NCBI GenBank assembly: GCA_965215145.1 | Contig: OZ244038.1 | Coordinates: 1,546,966-1,610,965 of the forward strand | Direction of reading: 5' to 3' | Length of the DNA stretch: 64,000 nt | From: Rhodothermales bacterium | GTDB taxonomy: Bacteria > Bacteroidota > Rhodothermia > Rhodothermales > JANQRZ01 | In this document: positions 29,655-40,095 of the stretch, piece after piece | Layout: every line of letters begins with the position of its first letter | How positions within the stretch are numbered: the first letter of the stretch is position 1 | Made by a program: the position numbers and the translations under genes | The notes under the pieces: generated by a model | What the model saw: the letters and a program-made list of their open reading frames with translations, nothing else | What the model was told of the DNA's origin: nothing | The model's database searches: none

Positions 29655-31160
29655 ATGCCGTTCGTCCTCGCCCTCGACCAGGGCACCACGTCCTCCCGCG
29701 CCCTCGTCTTCGACGAGGAAGGAAGAATCCGCGCCGTCGCGCAGCGCGAGTTCGAGCAGCACTTCCCCCGGCCCGGCTGGGTCGAGCACGACCCGGCGGA
29801 CCTCTGGGAGACGCAGCTCGCCACGGCGCGCGAGGCGCTCGAAAGTGTCGGCATTGCGGCCGCCGACCTCGTGGGGATCGGGATCACGAACCAGCGCGAG
29901 ACGACGCTCCTGTGGGACCGCGCCACCGGCGAGCCGGTCCACCGCGCCATCGTCTGGCAGGACCGCCGGACGGCCGACTTCTGCGAGACTCTCCGCGCCG
30001 ACGGCCACGAGTCGCTGTTCCGCGAAAAGACGGGGCTCGTCCTCGATCCCTACTTTTCCGGTACCAAGCTCCGCTGGCTCCTCGACCATGTGGACGGTGC
30101 GCGCGAGCGGGCCGAGGCCGGCGACCTCTGCTTCGGGACGGTCGACACCTGGCTCGTCTGGCACCTCACCGGGGGCCGTGTCCATGCTACCGACGCCACG
30201 AACGCCTCGCGGACCCTCCTCTTCAACCTCCACACCGGCGATTGGGACGACGAGCTGCTGGAGGTCATCGGTGTCCCGCGCGCCGTGCTACCCGAGGTCG
30301 TCCCGAGCAGCGGCATCATAGGGGAGACGGCGCCGGACGTGCTCGGCGCGGCGGTGCCGGTTGCGGGGATCGCGGGGGACCAGCAGGCGGCCCTCTTCGG
30401 CCAGCGCTGCACGCGGCCGGGGATGGCGAAGAACACCTACGGCACGGGCTGCTTCCTCCTGATGCAGACGGGCGCCGCGCCGGTCGTCTCGGAGCACGGG
30501 CTGCTAACGACGGTGGCGTGGCGGATCGGGGACCGGACGGCGTTCGCGCTGGAGGGGAGCGTGTTCATCGGGGGCGCCGCCGTGCAGTGGCTCCGCGACG
30601 GCCTCGGCATCATCGAGACGGCCGCCGACGTGGAGGCGCTGGCGCGGAGCGTAGACGACGCCGACGGGGTCGTGCTCGTCCCGGCCTTTACCGGCCTCGG
30701 CGCGCCGCACTGGGACCCCTACGCCCGCGGCATCCTCGTCGGCATCACGCGGGGGACGACGGCGGCCCACTTCGCCCGCGCCACCCTCGACGGCATCGTG
30801 CAGCAGGTCGCCGACGTGACCGAGGCGATGGCGCGCGACGCGGGCCTCCCCCTGGCCGAGCTGCACGTGGATGGCGGGGCCGCCCGAAACGACCTCCTCC
30901 TGCAGCTCCAGGCCGACGCCCTCCGCACCCCCGTCGTCCGGTCCGCCGTGGCCGAGACGACGGCGCTCGGGGCGGCCTACCTCGCCGGCCTCGCCGTCGG
31001 CGTCTGGAACGAGGCCGAGATCGACCGGCAGTGGGCGGCCGACGCCCGGTTCGAGCCGGAGGCCCCGGCGGAGGAGACGGAGCGCCGACGGCGGGAGTGG
31101 GCGCGCGCGGTCGAACGGGCGAAGGGGTGGGAGAGGAAGAGCGGGGGAGAGGAAGAGTGA
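29655..31160 (+). CDS. glpK: Glycerol kinase
   Basis: [35 protein letters not shown] and KNTYGTGCF. Confidence 0.97.
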   Translation: MPFVLALDQGTTSSRALVFDEEGRIRAVAQREFEQHFPRPGWVEHDPADLWETQLATAREALESVGIAAADLVGIGITNQRETTLLWDRATGEPVHRAIVWQDRRTADFCETLRADGHESLFREKTGLVLDPYFSGTKLRWLLDHVDGARERAEAGDLCFGTVDTWLVWHLTGGRVHATDATNASRTLLFNLHTGDWDDELLEVIGVPRAVLPEVVPSSGIIGETAPDVLGAAVPVAGIAGDQQAALFGQRCTRPGMAKNTYGTGCFLLMQTGAAPVVSEHGLLTTVAWRIGDRTAFALEGSVFIGGAAVQWLRDGLGIIETAADVEALARSVDDADGVVLVPAFTGLGAPHWDPYARGILVGITRGTTAAHFARATLDGIVQQVADVTEAMARDAGLPLAELHVDGGAARNDLLLQLQADALRTPVVRSAVAETTALGAAYLAGLAVGVWNEAEIDRQWAADARFEPEAPAEETERRRREWARAVERAKGWERKSGGEEE

Positions 31161-31225
31161 AAGGAGGGCAGGGAGATAGCGAGGGGTGCCCGTCTACCTC
31201 CTGCTCTCGCTCCCCTTCCATCTCC

Positions 31226-32908
31226 TTACCACCGCGCGCTGCGGAAGGGGAGCCCCCAGCGGAGCGCGACGGCCGGTGCCACGTAGCGGTCCCGCCCGAG
31301 CTCGGCGTCCGTCACGCTCTCGTACCGGAGGGTCGCCTCGGCAAAGAGCCCCGGCAGGAGCTCGTACCCGGCGTAGCCCTCCAGCAGCACGAGGTCCTGC
31401 CGCACGCCCTGCAACGTCTCGACGCCGTCGTCGCCGGTGCGGGTGCCGTAGGGGAGGAGGGGGTCCTCGCCGACGTTCTGCCCTTCCGGGCTCCGGCCGC
31501 GCCGGGTGAGGGCGGCGTTGAGCCCGGCCGTCACCCGGAGCGCCGGGCGGTACCGGGCGACGAGGGTGAGGTCGAAGGCGTTGGGGCCGGCGGGGTGGCC
31601 GAGGAGGTCGCCGGTGTGGACGAAGGCGGTGGCGCTAGCGCGGTGGCTGTAGAGGTACGGGCGGAGCCGGGCGTACTCGACGCGGACGTCGAGGCCGTGG
31701 GCGCGGTGGCCGTCCCAGCCGGGATCCACGAGGTAGAGTCCGAGGAGCGTGCCCCACTTGTTACCCCAGTAGTTGTCGGTGATCCGGCCGAGGGTGAGCT
31801 CGTCGAGGAGGAGCTGGCCGTAGACCTCGACGCCGGGCGCGGCGACCCACGCGGCGCCGGCCCCGAGGAGCGCGTTGTCGGCGCTGCCCATCTCGGCCTC
31901 GGCGGCCCGGTAGAAGATCACGGGGTTGAGGTAGGCGAGGTCGAACCCGCCGCGCCCGCCGGTGCCGGCGGCGAAGACGACCTGCTCGAAGAGCTCGACC
32001 TGGACGCGGCCGGGGAGGTCGAGCGCGAGGCGGTGGAGGGCGCCGAACTTCCGCGGGAACAGCCGGGAGTTCCCAGGCCCGCGCGTGCGGGCGTCGGTGA
32101 AGCGGGCGAAGACGTTGGTGTAGTGGAGCCGCCAGAAGCTGGTGCGGAGCTGGAGGTGGTCGTAGGCGGGGGCGTAGTTCGAGAGGGCGAGCGTGCCTAC
32201 CCCGAACCCCCACCGGTTCCGGTCCCGCCCGAACCGCGCCTCGAACCGCCCGTCCCGCCCGATGGGCACCCGCGCCCCGACGACGCCCGTCCCGACGAGG
32301 TAGTCGTAGGTCCTCCCATCGGTGAACTTGGTGAAGCCGAGGCGGGGGGCGGAGTCCCCGTCGTGCTCGGGCATCGGGTGCCGCCACTGGTTCTCCTCGA
32401 TCCGGCTCTCGAAGAAGAAGTGCGGGCCGAGGTGGCCGGCGGCACGGAGGCCGCGGGTGTTCTGCCACACCGGCGCCGTCGGGGTGCGCCCGCCTCGCTC
32501 GGTGCGCCGCGCCCGGCCGTAGCTGAGCTGGACCAGCGGCTCGACCTCGATCCCCCACCCCTCGTCCCGGGCGGCGAAGAGCGCCGTGCCGTTGCCGTAG
32601 AGGCCCGGCGCGACCCGCCGCACGTCGGCCACGCCGGGACCGGGGCGGCCCCCGGCGTAGCGCTCCAGCAGCGCCCGGTCTATCCCGCCGGGCTCCCCGC
32701 TCGCCGCGAGGGCGGAATCGGCGTAGGCCAGGGCCTCGTAGGCCGAGAGCGGCTTCGCGCCGAGGAAGGCGCCCGGCAGCCGGCCGAGCGCACGCTGACG
32801 CTCCAGGGTGTGGCTCAGCCCGTCGCCGATCTGGAGGAGCCCCTCGTGCTGGGCGAGGGCGGGGGCGGCTACGAGGACGACGAGCGCGAGGGGGAGGCGG
32901 CGGATCAT
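31226..32908 (-). CDS. Capsule assembly Wzi-like outer membrane protein
   Basis: Signal peptide, YLNPVIFYRAAE, DNALLG, YGQLLLDE, LGHPAGPN and terminal Trp. Confidence 0.7.
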   Translation of the reverse strand: MIRRLPLALVVLVAAPALAQHEGLLQIGDGLSHTLERQRALGRLPGAFLGAKPLSAYEALAYADSALAASGEPGGIDRALLERYAGGRPGPGVADVRRVAPGLYGNGTALFAARDEGWGIEVEPLVQLSYGRARRTERGGRTPTAPVWQNTRGLRAAGHLGPHFFFESRIEENQWRHPMPEHDGDSAPRLGFTKFTDGRTYDYLVGTGVVGARVPIGRDGRFEARFGRDRNRWGFGVGTLALSNYAPAYDHLQLRTSFWRLHYTNVFARFTDARTRGPGNSRLFPRKFGALHRLALDLPGRVQVELFEQVVFAAGTGGRGGFDLAYLNPVIFYRAAEAEMGSADNALLGAGAAWVAAPGVEVYGQLLLDELTLGRITDNYWGNKWGTLLGLYLVDPGWDGHRAHGLDVRVEYARLRPYLYSHRASATAFVHTGDLLGHPAGPNAFDLTLVARYRPALRVTAGLNAALTRRGRSPEGQNVGEDPLLPYGTRTGDDGVETLQGVRQDLVLLEGYAGYELLPGLFAEATLRYESVTDAELGRDRYVAPAVALRWGLPFRSARW

Positions 32909-33126
32909 GGCGGCGGATTACGTGGGGGTTCCTGGGACGTAATCGGCCGCGTTGGCGGATACTGTAGGGGCGCGGCTCGTCCTGCCCTCGCCCGTCCTAC
33001 CCTCGCCTCACCGGCTCCCCGTCTCGTCGGTTCACCCCACGCCCGTTGCCCGCGCGGGGGCAACGGGCTTACGTTCCCCCGGCCGGCTCCCCCACCGCGC
33101 CCTCCCTCTCACCCCACCCCTCCTTC

Positions 33127-34068
33127 GTGGGCACCATCCTCGTCACCGGCGCGCAGGGCCAGATCGGCACCGACCTCGTCGCCGCGCTGCGCCGGCGCCA
33201 CGGCGCCGACGCCGTCCTCGCCACCGACCTCCGCGCGGCCCCCGACGGCACCGCCCCCTCCGCCGTCCTCGACGTGTGCGAGGCCGAGCGGCTAGAGGAG
33301 GTCGTCCGCGGGCACGACGTCGAGACCGTCTACCACCTCGCCAGCCTCCTCTCGGCGACCAGCGAGCAGCAGCCGGACCTCGCGTGGGCCGTCAACCTTG
33401 GCGGGCTGCGGAACGTGCTGAAGGCGGCCCGCGAGCACGGCCTCCGCGTGTTCTGGCCCTCCTCCATCGCCGTCTTCGGGCCGACCACGCCGCGCCACGC
33501 GCCGCAGCACACGCCGCTCGAGCCGACCACGATCTACGGGGTGACGAAGGTGGCCGGCGAGCTGCTCTGCCAGTACCACGCCGTCCACCACGGCACCGAC
33601 GTCCGGAGCCTCCGCTACCCCGGCCTCATCTCCTACAGCGCCCCCCCCGGCGGCGGCACCACCGACTACGCCGTGGAGGTGTTCCATGCCGCGTTGGCCG
33701 GCGAGACCTTCGTCTCGTTCGTCGGGCCGGAGACCCGGCTCCCGATGATGTACATGCCCGACGCCGTCGCCGCCATGCTCGACCTCATGGCCGCGCCCGC
33801 CGGCGCCATCGGCGTGCGGACGAGCTACAACGTCGGCGCCCTCAGCTTCTCCGCCGAGGCCCTCTACGCCGCGCTCCGCAAGCGCTTCCCCGCCTTCGAG
33901 GTCGACTACCACCCCGACTTCCGCCAAGCCATCGCCGACTCGTGGCCTGCCTCGGTGGACGACGCGCCTGCCCGCCGCGACTGGGGCTGGCAACCGCGCT
34001 ACGACCTCGACCGGATGGTGGAGGACATGGTGGAGAACCTCCAGCAACAGCACGACGCCCTCTCCTGA
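33127..34068 (+). CDS. tdh: SDR-type L-threonine 3-dehydrogenase
   Basis: [30 protein letters not shown] and RQAIADSWP. Directly upstream of kbl. Confidence 0.88.
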   Translation: MGTILVTGAQGQIGTDLVAALRRRHGADAVLATDLRAAPDGTAPSAVLDVCEAERLEEVVRGHDVETVYHLASLLSATSEQQPDLAWAVNLGGLRNVLKAAREHGLRVFWPSSIAVFGPTTPRHAPQHTPLEPTTIYGVTKVAGELLCQYHAVHHGTDVRSLRYPGLISYSAPPGGGTTDYAVEVFHAALAGETFVSFVGPETRLPMMYMPDAVAAMLDLMAAPAGAIGVRTSYNVGALSFSAEALYAALRKRFPAFEVDYHPDFRQAIADSWPASVDDAPARRDWGWQPRYDLDRMVEDMVENLQQQHDALS

Positions 34069-34138
34069 TGCGTGTTGCGTGATGCGTGTTAGGGAAGTGC
34101 TCCCACGCGATACGCAACACGGAATACGCAATAGGCCC

Positions 34139-35359
34139 ATGAAGACCGCCAACGCCCGCTTCCGCGACACCCTCACCGAGATCCGCGACGCCGGGCTCTA
34201 CAAGGAGGAGCGCGTCATCACCTCCCAGCAAGATGCCGACATCGAGGTGCTGCCGCCCGGCTCCATCGGCGACGGCGCGGCACCCGCTGCCGAGCGCGAG
34301 GTGGTGAACTTCTGCGCCAACAACTACCTCGGCCTCGCCAACCATCCCGACCTCATCGAGGCGGCGCAGGAGGGGGTCATGAAGTACGGGTTCGGACTCG
34401 CGTCCGTCCGGTTCATCTGCGGCACGCAGGACATCCACAAGGAGCTCGAACGCCGCCTGGCCGAGTTCCACGGTATGGACGACGCCATCCTCTACGCCGC
34501 CTGCTTCGACGCCAACGCCGGGCTGTTCGAGACGCTGCTCGGCAAGGAGGACGCCGTCATCTCCGACCAGCTCAACCACGCGAGCATCATCGACGGCGTC
34601 CGGCTCTGCAAGGCCCGCCGGTTCCGCTACGCCCACGGCGACATGGGCGAGCTGGAGGACGCCCTCAAGGAGTCTCAAGGCACCGGCGTCCGCATGATCA
34701 CCACCGACGGCGTGTTTTCGATGGACGGCGCCGTCGCCAAACTCGACCAGATCTGCGACCTCGCCGACCGCTACGACGCCCTCGTCCACGTCGACGAGTG
34801 CCACGCCACCGGCTTCTTCGGGCCGACGGGCCGCGGCGCCGCCGAGCACGCGGGCGCGCTCGACCGGGTGGACGTCATCACGAGCACGCTGGGGAAGGCG
34901 CTCGGCGGGGCCTCCGGCGGATTCACCGTCGCCAGCCAGCCCGTCGTGGACCTGCTGCGGCAGCGCTCCCGGCCGTACCTGTTCTCCAACACCGTCGCCC
35001 CCGCCATCGTCTACGCTTCCCTGCGGGTGCTCGACATGCTGGAGGGGACGGGCGACCTCCGCGAGCGGCTGATGGAGAACACCCGCTATTTCCGCGAGCG
35101 GATGACGGCGGCCGGGTTCGACATCAAGCCCGGCGCGCACCCCATCGTCCCGATCATGCTCTACGACGCCCGGCGGGCGCAGGAGATGGCGGCCGAGCTG
35201 CTGGAGGAGGGGATCTACGTGATCGGGTTCAGCTACCCCGTCGTGCCGCAGGGCGAGGCCCGCATCCGCGTCCAGGTCTCCGCCGCCCACACGCGCGAGC
35301 ACCTCGACCGCGCCGTGGATGCCTTCACCCGCGTCGGCCAGCGGCACGAGGCGGTGTGA
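34139..35359 (+). CDS. kbl: Glycine C-acetyltransferase (2-amino-3-ketobutyrate CoA ligase)
   Basis: [37 protein letters not shown] and [11 protein letters not shown]. Confidence 0.96.
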   Translation: MKTANARFRDTLTEIRDAGLYKEERVITSQQDADIEVLPPGSIGDGAAPAAEREVVNFCANNYLGLANHPDLIEAAQEGVMKYGFGLASVRFICGTQDIHKELERRLAEFHGMDDAILYAACFDANAGLFETLLGKEDAVISDQLNHASIIDGVRLCKARRFRYAHGDMGELEDALKESQGTGVRMITTDGVFSMDGAVAKLDQICDLADRYDALVHVDECHATGFFGPTGRGAAEHAGALDRVDVITSTLGKALGGASGGFTVASQPVVDLLRQRSRPYLFSNTVAPAIVYASLRVLDMLEGTGDLRERLMENTRYFRERMTAAGFDIKPGAHPIVPIMLYDARRAQEMAAELLEEGIYVIGFSYPVVPQGEARIRVQVSAAHTREHLDRAVDAFTRVGQRHEAV

Positions 35360-35416
35360 GGCAACTGAACCTCTGAGCCCAGACGGGGTTAACACCCAAC
35401 CACCCTTCAGCTCTCC

Positions 35417-35644
35417 ATGTCGCAGCTCATCAAGGTCATCGTCGAAAAGCACGCCGACGGGTACGTCGCATACCCCGTCGGGCTGAGGGGCGCAGTCGTC
35501 GGGCAGGGGGACAGCTATGACGAGGCCCTGGCCGACGTCCGCAGTGCGGTCGCCTTCCACGTCGAGACGTTCGGTGCGGAGGTACTGGAAGAGGACGAGG
35601 CGGTGCTAGAGGTCTTCGTCGCCGAGACGGCCATTGCAGCCTGA
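35417..35644 (+). CDS. hicB: Short HicB-family antitoxin
   Basis: GYVAY...GQGDSYDEALADVRSA partial RNase H fold. Its stop overlaps the hicA start. Confidence 0.85.
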   Translation: MSQLIKVIVEKHADGYVAYPVGLRGAVVGQGDSYDEALADVRSAVAFHVETFGAEVLEEDEAVLEVFVAETAIAA

Positions 35645-35886
35645 TGTCGGAGCGGTTTCCGCGAGACGCTCCGCTCAGGCGCGTGCTGAAGGCACTGGAA
35701 GCGCTCGGGTTCGCGCTCGTCCGCGAGGGCAATCACATCTCGATGTTGCGCGAAGAGGCCGACGGTACGCGGACACCGCTGACGCTCCCAAACCACCGGG
35801 CCATCAAAGGCTCGACGCTGCGTGCGATCCTGCGGCAGAGTGGGATCGGCCGTGACGAGTTCCTTGCGGCTTACCGCGACGCCTGA
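35644..35886 (+). CDS. hicA: HicA-family toxin (mRNA interferase)
   Basis: VLKALEALGF, REGNH, LPNH and TLRAILRQSGI. Confidence 0.88.
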   Translation: MSERFPRDAPLRRVLKALEALGFALVREGNHISMLREEADGTRTPLTLPNHRAIKGSTLRAILRQSGIGRDEFLAAYRDA

Positions 35887-35907
35887 GATGCGGGGAAGGG
35901 GCCGAGG

Positions 35908-36001
35908 TCCGCGTCCAGGTCTCCGCCGCCCACACGCGCGAGCACCTCGACCGCGCCGTGACGCCTTCACCCGCGTCGGTCGGCGGCACGCGGTGGTGTG
36001 A
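35908..36001 (+). repeat. Degenerate direct-repeat copy of the kbl 3' end (35265-35359)
   Basis: tccgcgtccaggtctccgccgcccacacgcgcgagcacctcgaccgcgccgtg is identical in both places. Similarity continues to the stop codon with an indel and mismatches. Confidence 0.92.
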
Positions 36002-36111
36002 CTTAGACCAACCGAATTTAGCCGGAGGGTATTCCCATGCGCCAAGTGGCTGTGCCCTATTTTGGTCGGCCCCCAGTTGCCTGAGTTGTCCATCAGCCTT
36101 TGAGGTCTCGC

Positions 36112-36525
36112 ATGCGCTACGTCATACTCCTGCTCTCGATTCTTCTGTATTCATGCCAAAATGAGGAAGCGTCGCAAGACGCAGGCGCCACAATGAGCCG
36201 AGAGAACTGTTCGGACTATCTAGGTGAGTGGATTACTGAAGATCAGGACATTATGGAAGCTGGTACAAATATATTAATCATAGATAAAGCATCTGATAGC
36301 ATATATAAAATAAAGCAGATCAGTAGGGCGTCATTCAGAAAATTTGATAAGGAAAATACCATATCCGGAGAGTGCGTAGAGGGCATCATGATGATATCTA
36401 CGCCGTTGGGGGGTAATACAGGATTATTTATAGAAGATGATAGATTGTTGTTGGAGGGCGACCAACTTGTCAGAGCTGACGTTCATGAAGACTATGTCAG
36501 GCGACAGATAGAAACAGATGATTGA
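36112..36525 (+). CDS. AT-rich hypothetical lipoprotein, probably horizontally acquired
   Basis: MRYVILLLSILLYSC lipobox. Composition is visibly AT-rich against the surroundings. Confidence 0.7.
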   Translation: MRYVILLLSILLYSCQNEEASQDAGATMSRENCSDYLGEWITEDQDIMEAGTNILIIDKASDSIYKIKQISRASFRKFDKENTISGECVEGIMMISTPLGGNTGLFIEDDRLLLEGDQLVRADVHEDYVRRQIETDD

Positions 36526-36674
36526 ATTCGTCGTCAAGAATCGGAAATAGTAGATTCTAATGACAATATTGGACTCATCGATGATTGAACATTTCGATAA
36601 TATATAAATATGGCATGTTTATATCCAATATTGTGAGTAACATATAATTTATACAAATGGTGTGTGTCAGAAGC

Positions 36675-36699
36675 TCGCCTCCAGCACGAGGTGGTCGGC
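36675..36699. repeat. Direct-repeat copy of a segment near the rlmI 3' end (37472-37496)
   Basis: tcgcctccagcacg(a/g)ggtggtcggc, 24 of 25 bases identical. Confidence 0.75.
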
Positions 36700-36720
36700 T
36701 TCGTGCGGCGATGCTAATTG

Positions 36721-36749
36721 TTGACATCGCGGCACGCCGTCGCTATCAT
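36721..36749 (+). promoter_or_regulatory. Sigma70-type promoter of the parDE-like operon
   Basis: TTGACA-N17-TATCAT, about 30 nt upstream of the ATG at 36780. Confidence 0.75.
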
Positions 36750-36779
36750 GATGACTCCCCCGGTGCAACGCCCCCTGCC

Positions 36780-37076
36780 ATGAACGTCTCCCTCACGCCC
36801 GAGCTCGAACGCTTCGCCCGCGCTCTCGTCGAGTCCGGCCGGTACAATTCGGCCTCCGAGGTCGTCCGCACGGGGCTCCGGCTCCTCGAAGCGCAGGAGG
36901 CCAAGACGGCGGAGCTGCGGCGCCTCATCCAGGAGGGGCTCGAAAGTGGCCCGCCGATCAGCGTGACGCGGGAGGAGATGCGGGAACTGGTCGGGCAGCG
37001 CATGGCCGAGCTTCGGGCCGAGGTCGAGCGCGGTGAACGTCCCGCGCCGGGCGGTCCGGACTCGCTCGCAGCCTAG
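36780..37076 (+). CDS. parD: ParD/CC2985-family RHH antitoxin
   Basis: MNVSLTPELE...VESGRYNSASEVVRTGLRLLE...LIQEGLESG. Confidence 0.92.
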   Translation: MNVSLTPELERFARALVESGRYNSASEVVRTGLRLLEAQEAKTAELRRLIQEGLESGPPISVTREEMRELVGQRMAELRAEVERGERPAPGGPDSLAA

Positions 37077-37077
37077 C

Positions 37078-37398
37078 GTGCGGCGCTTCGACCTCCTCCG
37101 GCCGGCTCAACTCGATATCCTCGACCTCGCGGAGTACGCAGGCGAGTACAGCGACCGCGCGCGGGACGTGCTGACGGACACCCTGTTCGACCAGTTCGAA
37201 CGGTTAGCTGAGTTTCCTCACCTCGGCCGTGACCGGAGCGAGTTCGCCGCGGGCCTCCGAAGCCTTCCAGTCAACCGGCTACGGGTAACCATCTACTACT
37301 TCGCGACGCCGGAGGACCCGGATCGGGTGCTCATCGCCCGCGTGCTGCGGCAGGAGCGCGACGTGGGCCCGGAGGCGTTCGGCGGTGGTGAAGACTAA
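37078..37398 (+). CDS. parE: ParE/RelE-family toxin
   Basis: AQLDILDL, LAEFPHLGRDRSE, TIYY and IARVLRQERD. Immediately follows parD. Confidence 0.85.
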   Translation: MRRFDLLRPAQLDILDLAEYAGEYSDRARDVLTDTLFDQFERLAEFPHLGRDRSEFAAGLRSLPVNRLRVTIYYFATPEDPDRVLIARVLRQERDVGPEAFGGGED

Positions 37399-37406
37399 TC
37401 GCGGCC

Positions 37407-38627
37407 TCAGCCCGGCACCTCGTCGCGGAGCTTCTGGAGGAGGTAGAACTTGAGGTAGTGCGTCTCCGGCATCGCCTCCAGCACGGGGTGGTCGGCGGGC
37501 TGCGTGCCGCGGTGGAGCAGCCGGAGCTGGGCGCCAGCCTTCCGCGCGCTGTAGCGGACGATCTTCAGGAAATCGGCCTCACTCACGGCCTGCGAGCACG
37601 AGGCCGTCGCGAGCAGCCCGCCGGGGGGGAGCATCTGGAGCGCGGTGATGTTGATCCGCTGGTACGCCCTGGTCGCGGCTTCGACGTGGCGGCGGCTGGA
37701 CGCGAAGCTCGGGGGGTCGAGGATGACGTAGTCGAAGTCGGCGCGTTCCGTCGCCATCTCGCCGAGACGGTCGAGGGCGTCGGCGGTCTCAGTAGAAACG
37801 CGGTCGGCGACGCCGGACAGCTCGGCGTTGTGACGGGCGCGGGCGAGGGCGTCGTCGCTGGCGTCGAGGAGGTGGACCCGCTCGGCCCCGCCGAGGGCGG
37901 CGTGGAGGCCGAACCCGCCGTCGGCGGCGAACACGTCGAGCACGCGGCGCCCACGGGCGAACGGTCCCGCGACGAAGCGGTTGAGGCGCTGGTCGATGAA
38001 GAACCCCGTTTTCGGCCCGTTGAGCACGTCCACGGCGAACCGCGCACCGCCCTCCGCGATCTCGACCGGCCCGGCGTAGTCACCGTGCAGCACGCCCGTG
38101 CTCTCCTCCAGCCCGTCCTTCGGGCGCAGTGCCGCGTCGTTCCGCTCGACGATGGCGTCGGGGCGGAGGCGCTCGGTGAGGGCGTCGAGGATCGACTCCC
38201 GGCGGGCCTCCATCCCGAACGAGAGGGAGGTGTAGGTGAGGACGCCGCCCGCGTAGCCCGGCGGGCCGTAACGGTCGACGACGAGCCCCGGCAGCCCGTC
38301 GCTCTCGCCGAAGGCGATCCGGGCGTGGGTGGCGTCCGGGAAGGCGGCCTCGCGGAGCGCCACGGCCCGGTCGATCCGCCCGCGGAAGAACGCCTGATCG
38401 ATCTCGGCATCCGCATCCGAGGTCAGGAAGCGGACGGCGATGAGGCTCTCGTCGTGGTAGAGCCCGAGCCCGAACACGGTCCCGTCCTGCCCCTCGACCT
38501 GGACGACGGCGCCGCGCCCGGGCCGCTCGCCCATGCGGACGAGCTGGTTCTGGAACACCCACGGGTACCCCTGCCGGAGCGCCTTTTCTTTTTTCGGCTT
38601 GAGGACGACGCGGGGGTAGTCGGGCAC
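37407..38627 (-). CDS. rlmI: 23S rRNA m5C1962 methyltransferase RlmI family
   Basis: PUA N-terminus GYPWVF, ESDGLPGLVVDRY, KTGFFIDQR, ILDPPSFA and ETHYLK. Confidence 0.9.
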   Translation of the reverse strand: MPDYPRVVLKPKKEKALRQGYPWVFQNQLVRMGERPGRGAVVQVEGQDGTVFGLGLYHDESLIAVRFLTSDADAEIDQAFFRGRIDRAVALREAAFPDATHARIAFGESDGLPGLVVDRYGPPGYAGGVLTYTSLSFGMEARRESILDALTERLRPDAIVERNDAALRPKDGLEESTGVLHGDYAGPVEIAEGGARFAVDVLNGPKTGFFIDQRLNRFVAGPFARGRRVLDVFAADGGFGLHAALGGAERVHLLDASDDALARARHNAELSGVADRVSTETADALDRLGEMATERADFDYVILDPPSFASSRRHVEAATRAYQRINITALQMLPPGGLLATASCSQAVSEADFLKIVRYSARKAGAQLRLLHRGTQPADHPVLEAMPETHYLKFYLLQKLRDEVPG

Positions 38628-38690
38628 GGAGTTCGACGGGCAGAGGGAGAGGAGCGGTGCGCGAAGCTACCGCCAGCATCCGTGTGGGGT

Positions 38691-38883
38691 CGTAAGGGCG
38701 AACAGCGTTCGCCCTGCCGAGGGTCGTCGCTGACTCACCGTGGGATCGTAGGGGCGCGGTTCATCACGTCCTGCCGAGGGTTGTCGCCACCTTCAGTCTG
38801 GCAGCGTCTGTAGGGGCGAGGCACGCCTCGCCCTGCTGAAGGACTGCCACCACACCTCGGGCACGGCACCGCCGCGCCCCTAC
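38691..38883. repeat. Cluster of four REP-like units (BIME/REPIN-like)
   Basis: gtaagggcg...cgccct, gtaggggcg (38748), gtaggggcgaggcacgcctcgccct (38810) and an inverted copy ending gcccctac (38883). The linker cctgccgagggt is repeated. Confidence 0.8.
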
Positions 38884-39015
38884 GGGGGACGACGGCGCTA
38901 CGCGAAATAACCCCGCGCGGGGGACGTTCACCGAGGGCACTCGAATATCGGTTGCCCCGGCCGATACGAATGTGCGATGTTTGTCAGGCCCGAACCCGGC
39001 TCAACCCGCTCCCCG

Positions 39016-40095
39016 ATGCCCCTGCGCCGCCTCGCTCTGCTCCTCGTCCTCCTTGGCGTCACGGCTGCTTCCGCCTCCGCGCAGCGCGTGGCGAAGTACG
39101 GCGCCGACTTCCTCGCCGGGGGCGTCGGCGCCCGCGCGCTCGGGATGGGGGGGGCCTACGTCGCCGCGGCCAACGACGTCACGGCGACGTACTGGAACCC
39201 CGCCGGCCTCAGCGACACCTTCTACCCCCAGGTCGCCTACATGCACGCCGAGCGGTTCGACGGCATCGTGCAGTTCGACTACGGCGCGCTGTCGTTCCCC
39301 GTCAACACCCGGAGCAGCCTCGGCGTCGCCTTCTTCCGCTCCGGCGTGGACGACATCCCGAACACCCTGAACGCGTGGGAGAACGGGCAGCCCGTCGCCG
39401 AGAACGTCACCCTCTTCTCCGCGGCCGACTACGCCTTCTTCGTCACCTACGCCCGGCGGCTCCGCGAGAACCTCTCGGCCGGCGCCTCGGTCAAGCTCGT
39501 CCGCCGCTCCATCGGCGACTTCGCGAGCGCGTGGGGGTACTCCCTCGACGTCGGCGCGCAGTACCAGCTCGGCCGCGTCGCCTTCGGGGTGAACCTCCAG
39601 GACGTGACGGGGATGCTGCAGTCGTGGAGCGTGGACCAGGGCGAGCTCGCCGGGCTCGAGGCGTTCGGGCAGGCGCTCCCCGTGGGCGGCTCCGAGATCG
39701 TGCTGCCCGTGGCCCGCCTCGGCGCCGCCGTCCTCGCCTTCCCGCTCACCGACGACGTCGGGCTCACGGCCGGGCTCGACCTCGACCTCGCCTTCGACGG
39801 GCAGCGCTCCTACGCCTTCAACGCGGGCGACCTCTCGTTCCACCCCCGCCTCGGCACGGAGCTGAGCTACAAGGGCGTCGTCGCCGTCCGCGCCGGCATC
39901 TCCGACGTCACGGACTCCGAGCGCTTCGGCACCCAGGTGACGCCGACCATCGGGGCCGGCCTCGCGCTCGGGCGGTTCGACGTGGACTACGGGTTCGGCG
40001 ACTTCGGCGGGGTCCGCCAGGAGCTCGGCTACAGCCACCGGGTCTCGCTCCAGTACACCCTCCGCAACGACCGCTTCCTCCGCCGCGACCGATGA
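39016..40095 (+). CDS. PorV/PorQ-family outer membrane protein (T9SS-associated, FadL-like barrel)
   Basis: DFLAGGVGARALGMGGA, YWNPAGL and SHRVSLQY. Confidence 0.8.
   Translation: MPLRRLALLLVLLGVTAASASAQRVAKYGADFLAGGVGARALGMGGAYVAAANDVTATYWNPAGLSDTFYPQVAYMHAERFDGIVQFDYGALSFPVNTRSSLGVAFFRSGVDDIPNTLNAWENGQPVAENVTLFSAADYAFFVTYARRLRENLSAGASVKLVRRSIGDFASAWGYSLDVGAQYQLGRVAFGVNLQDVTGMLQSWSVDQGELAGLEAFGQALPVGGSEIVLPVARLGAAVLAFPLTDDVGLTAGLDLDLAFDGQRSYAFNAGDLSFHPRLGTELSYKGVVAVRAGISDVTDSERFGTQVTPTIGAGLALGRFDVDYGFGDFGGVRQELGYSHRVSLQYTLRNDRFLRRDR

Noticed and set aside
38691-38883. Repeat cluster as a mini CRISPR array
   Set aside because: Units are non-identical, one is inverted, and they match the dispersed GTAG-REP family.
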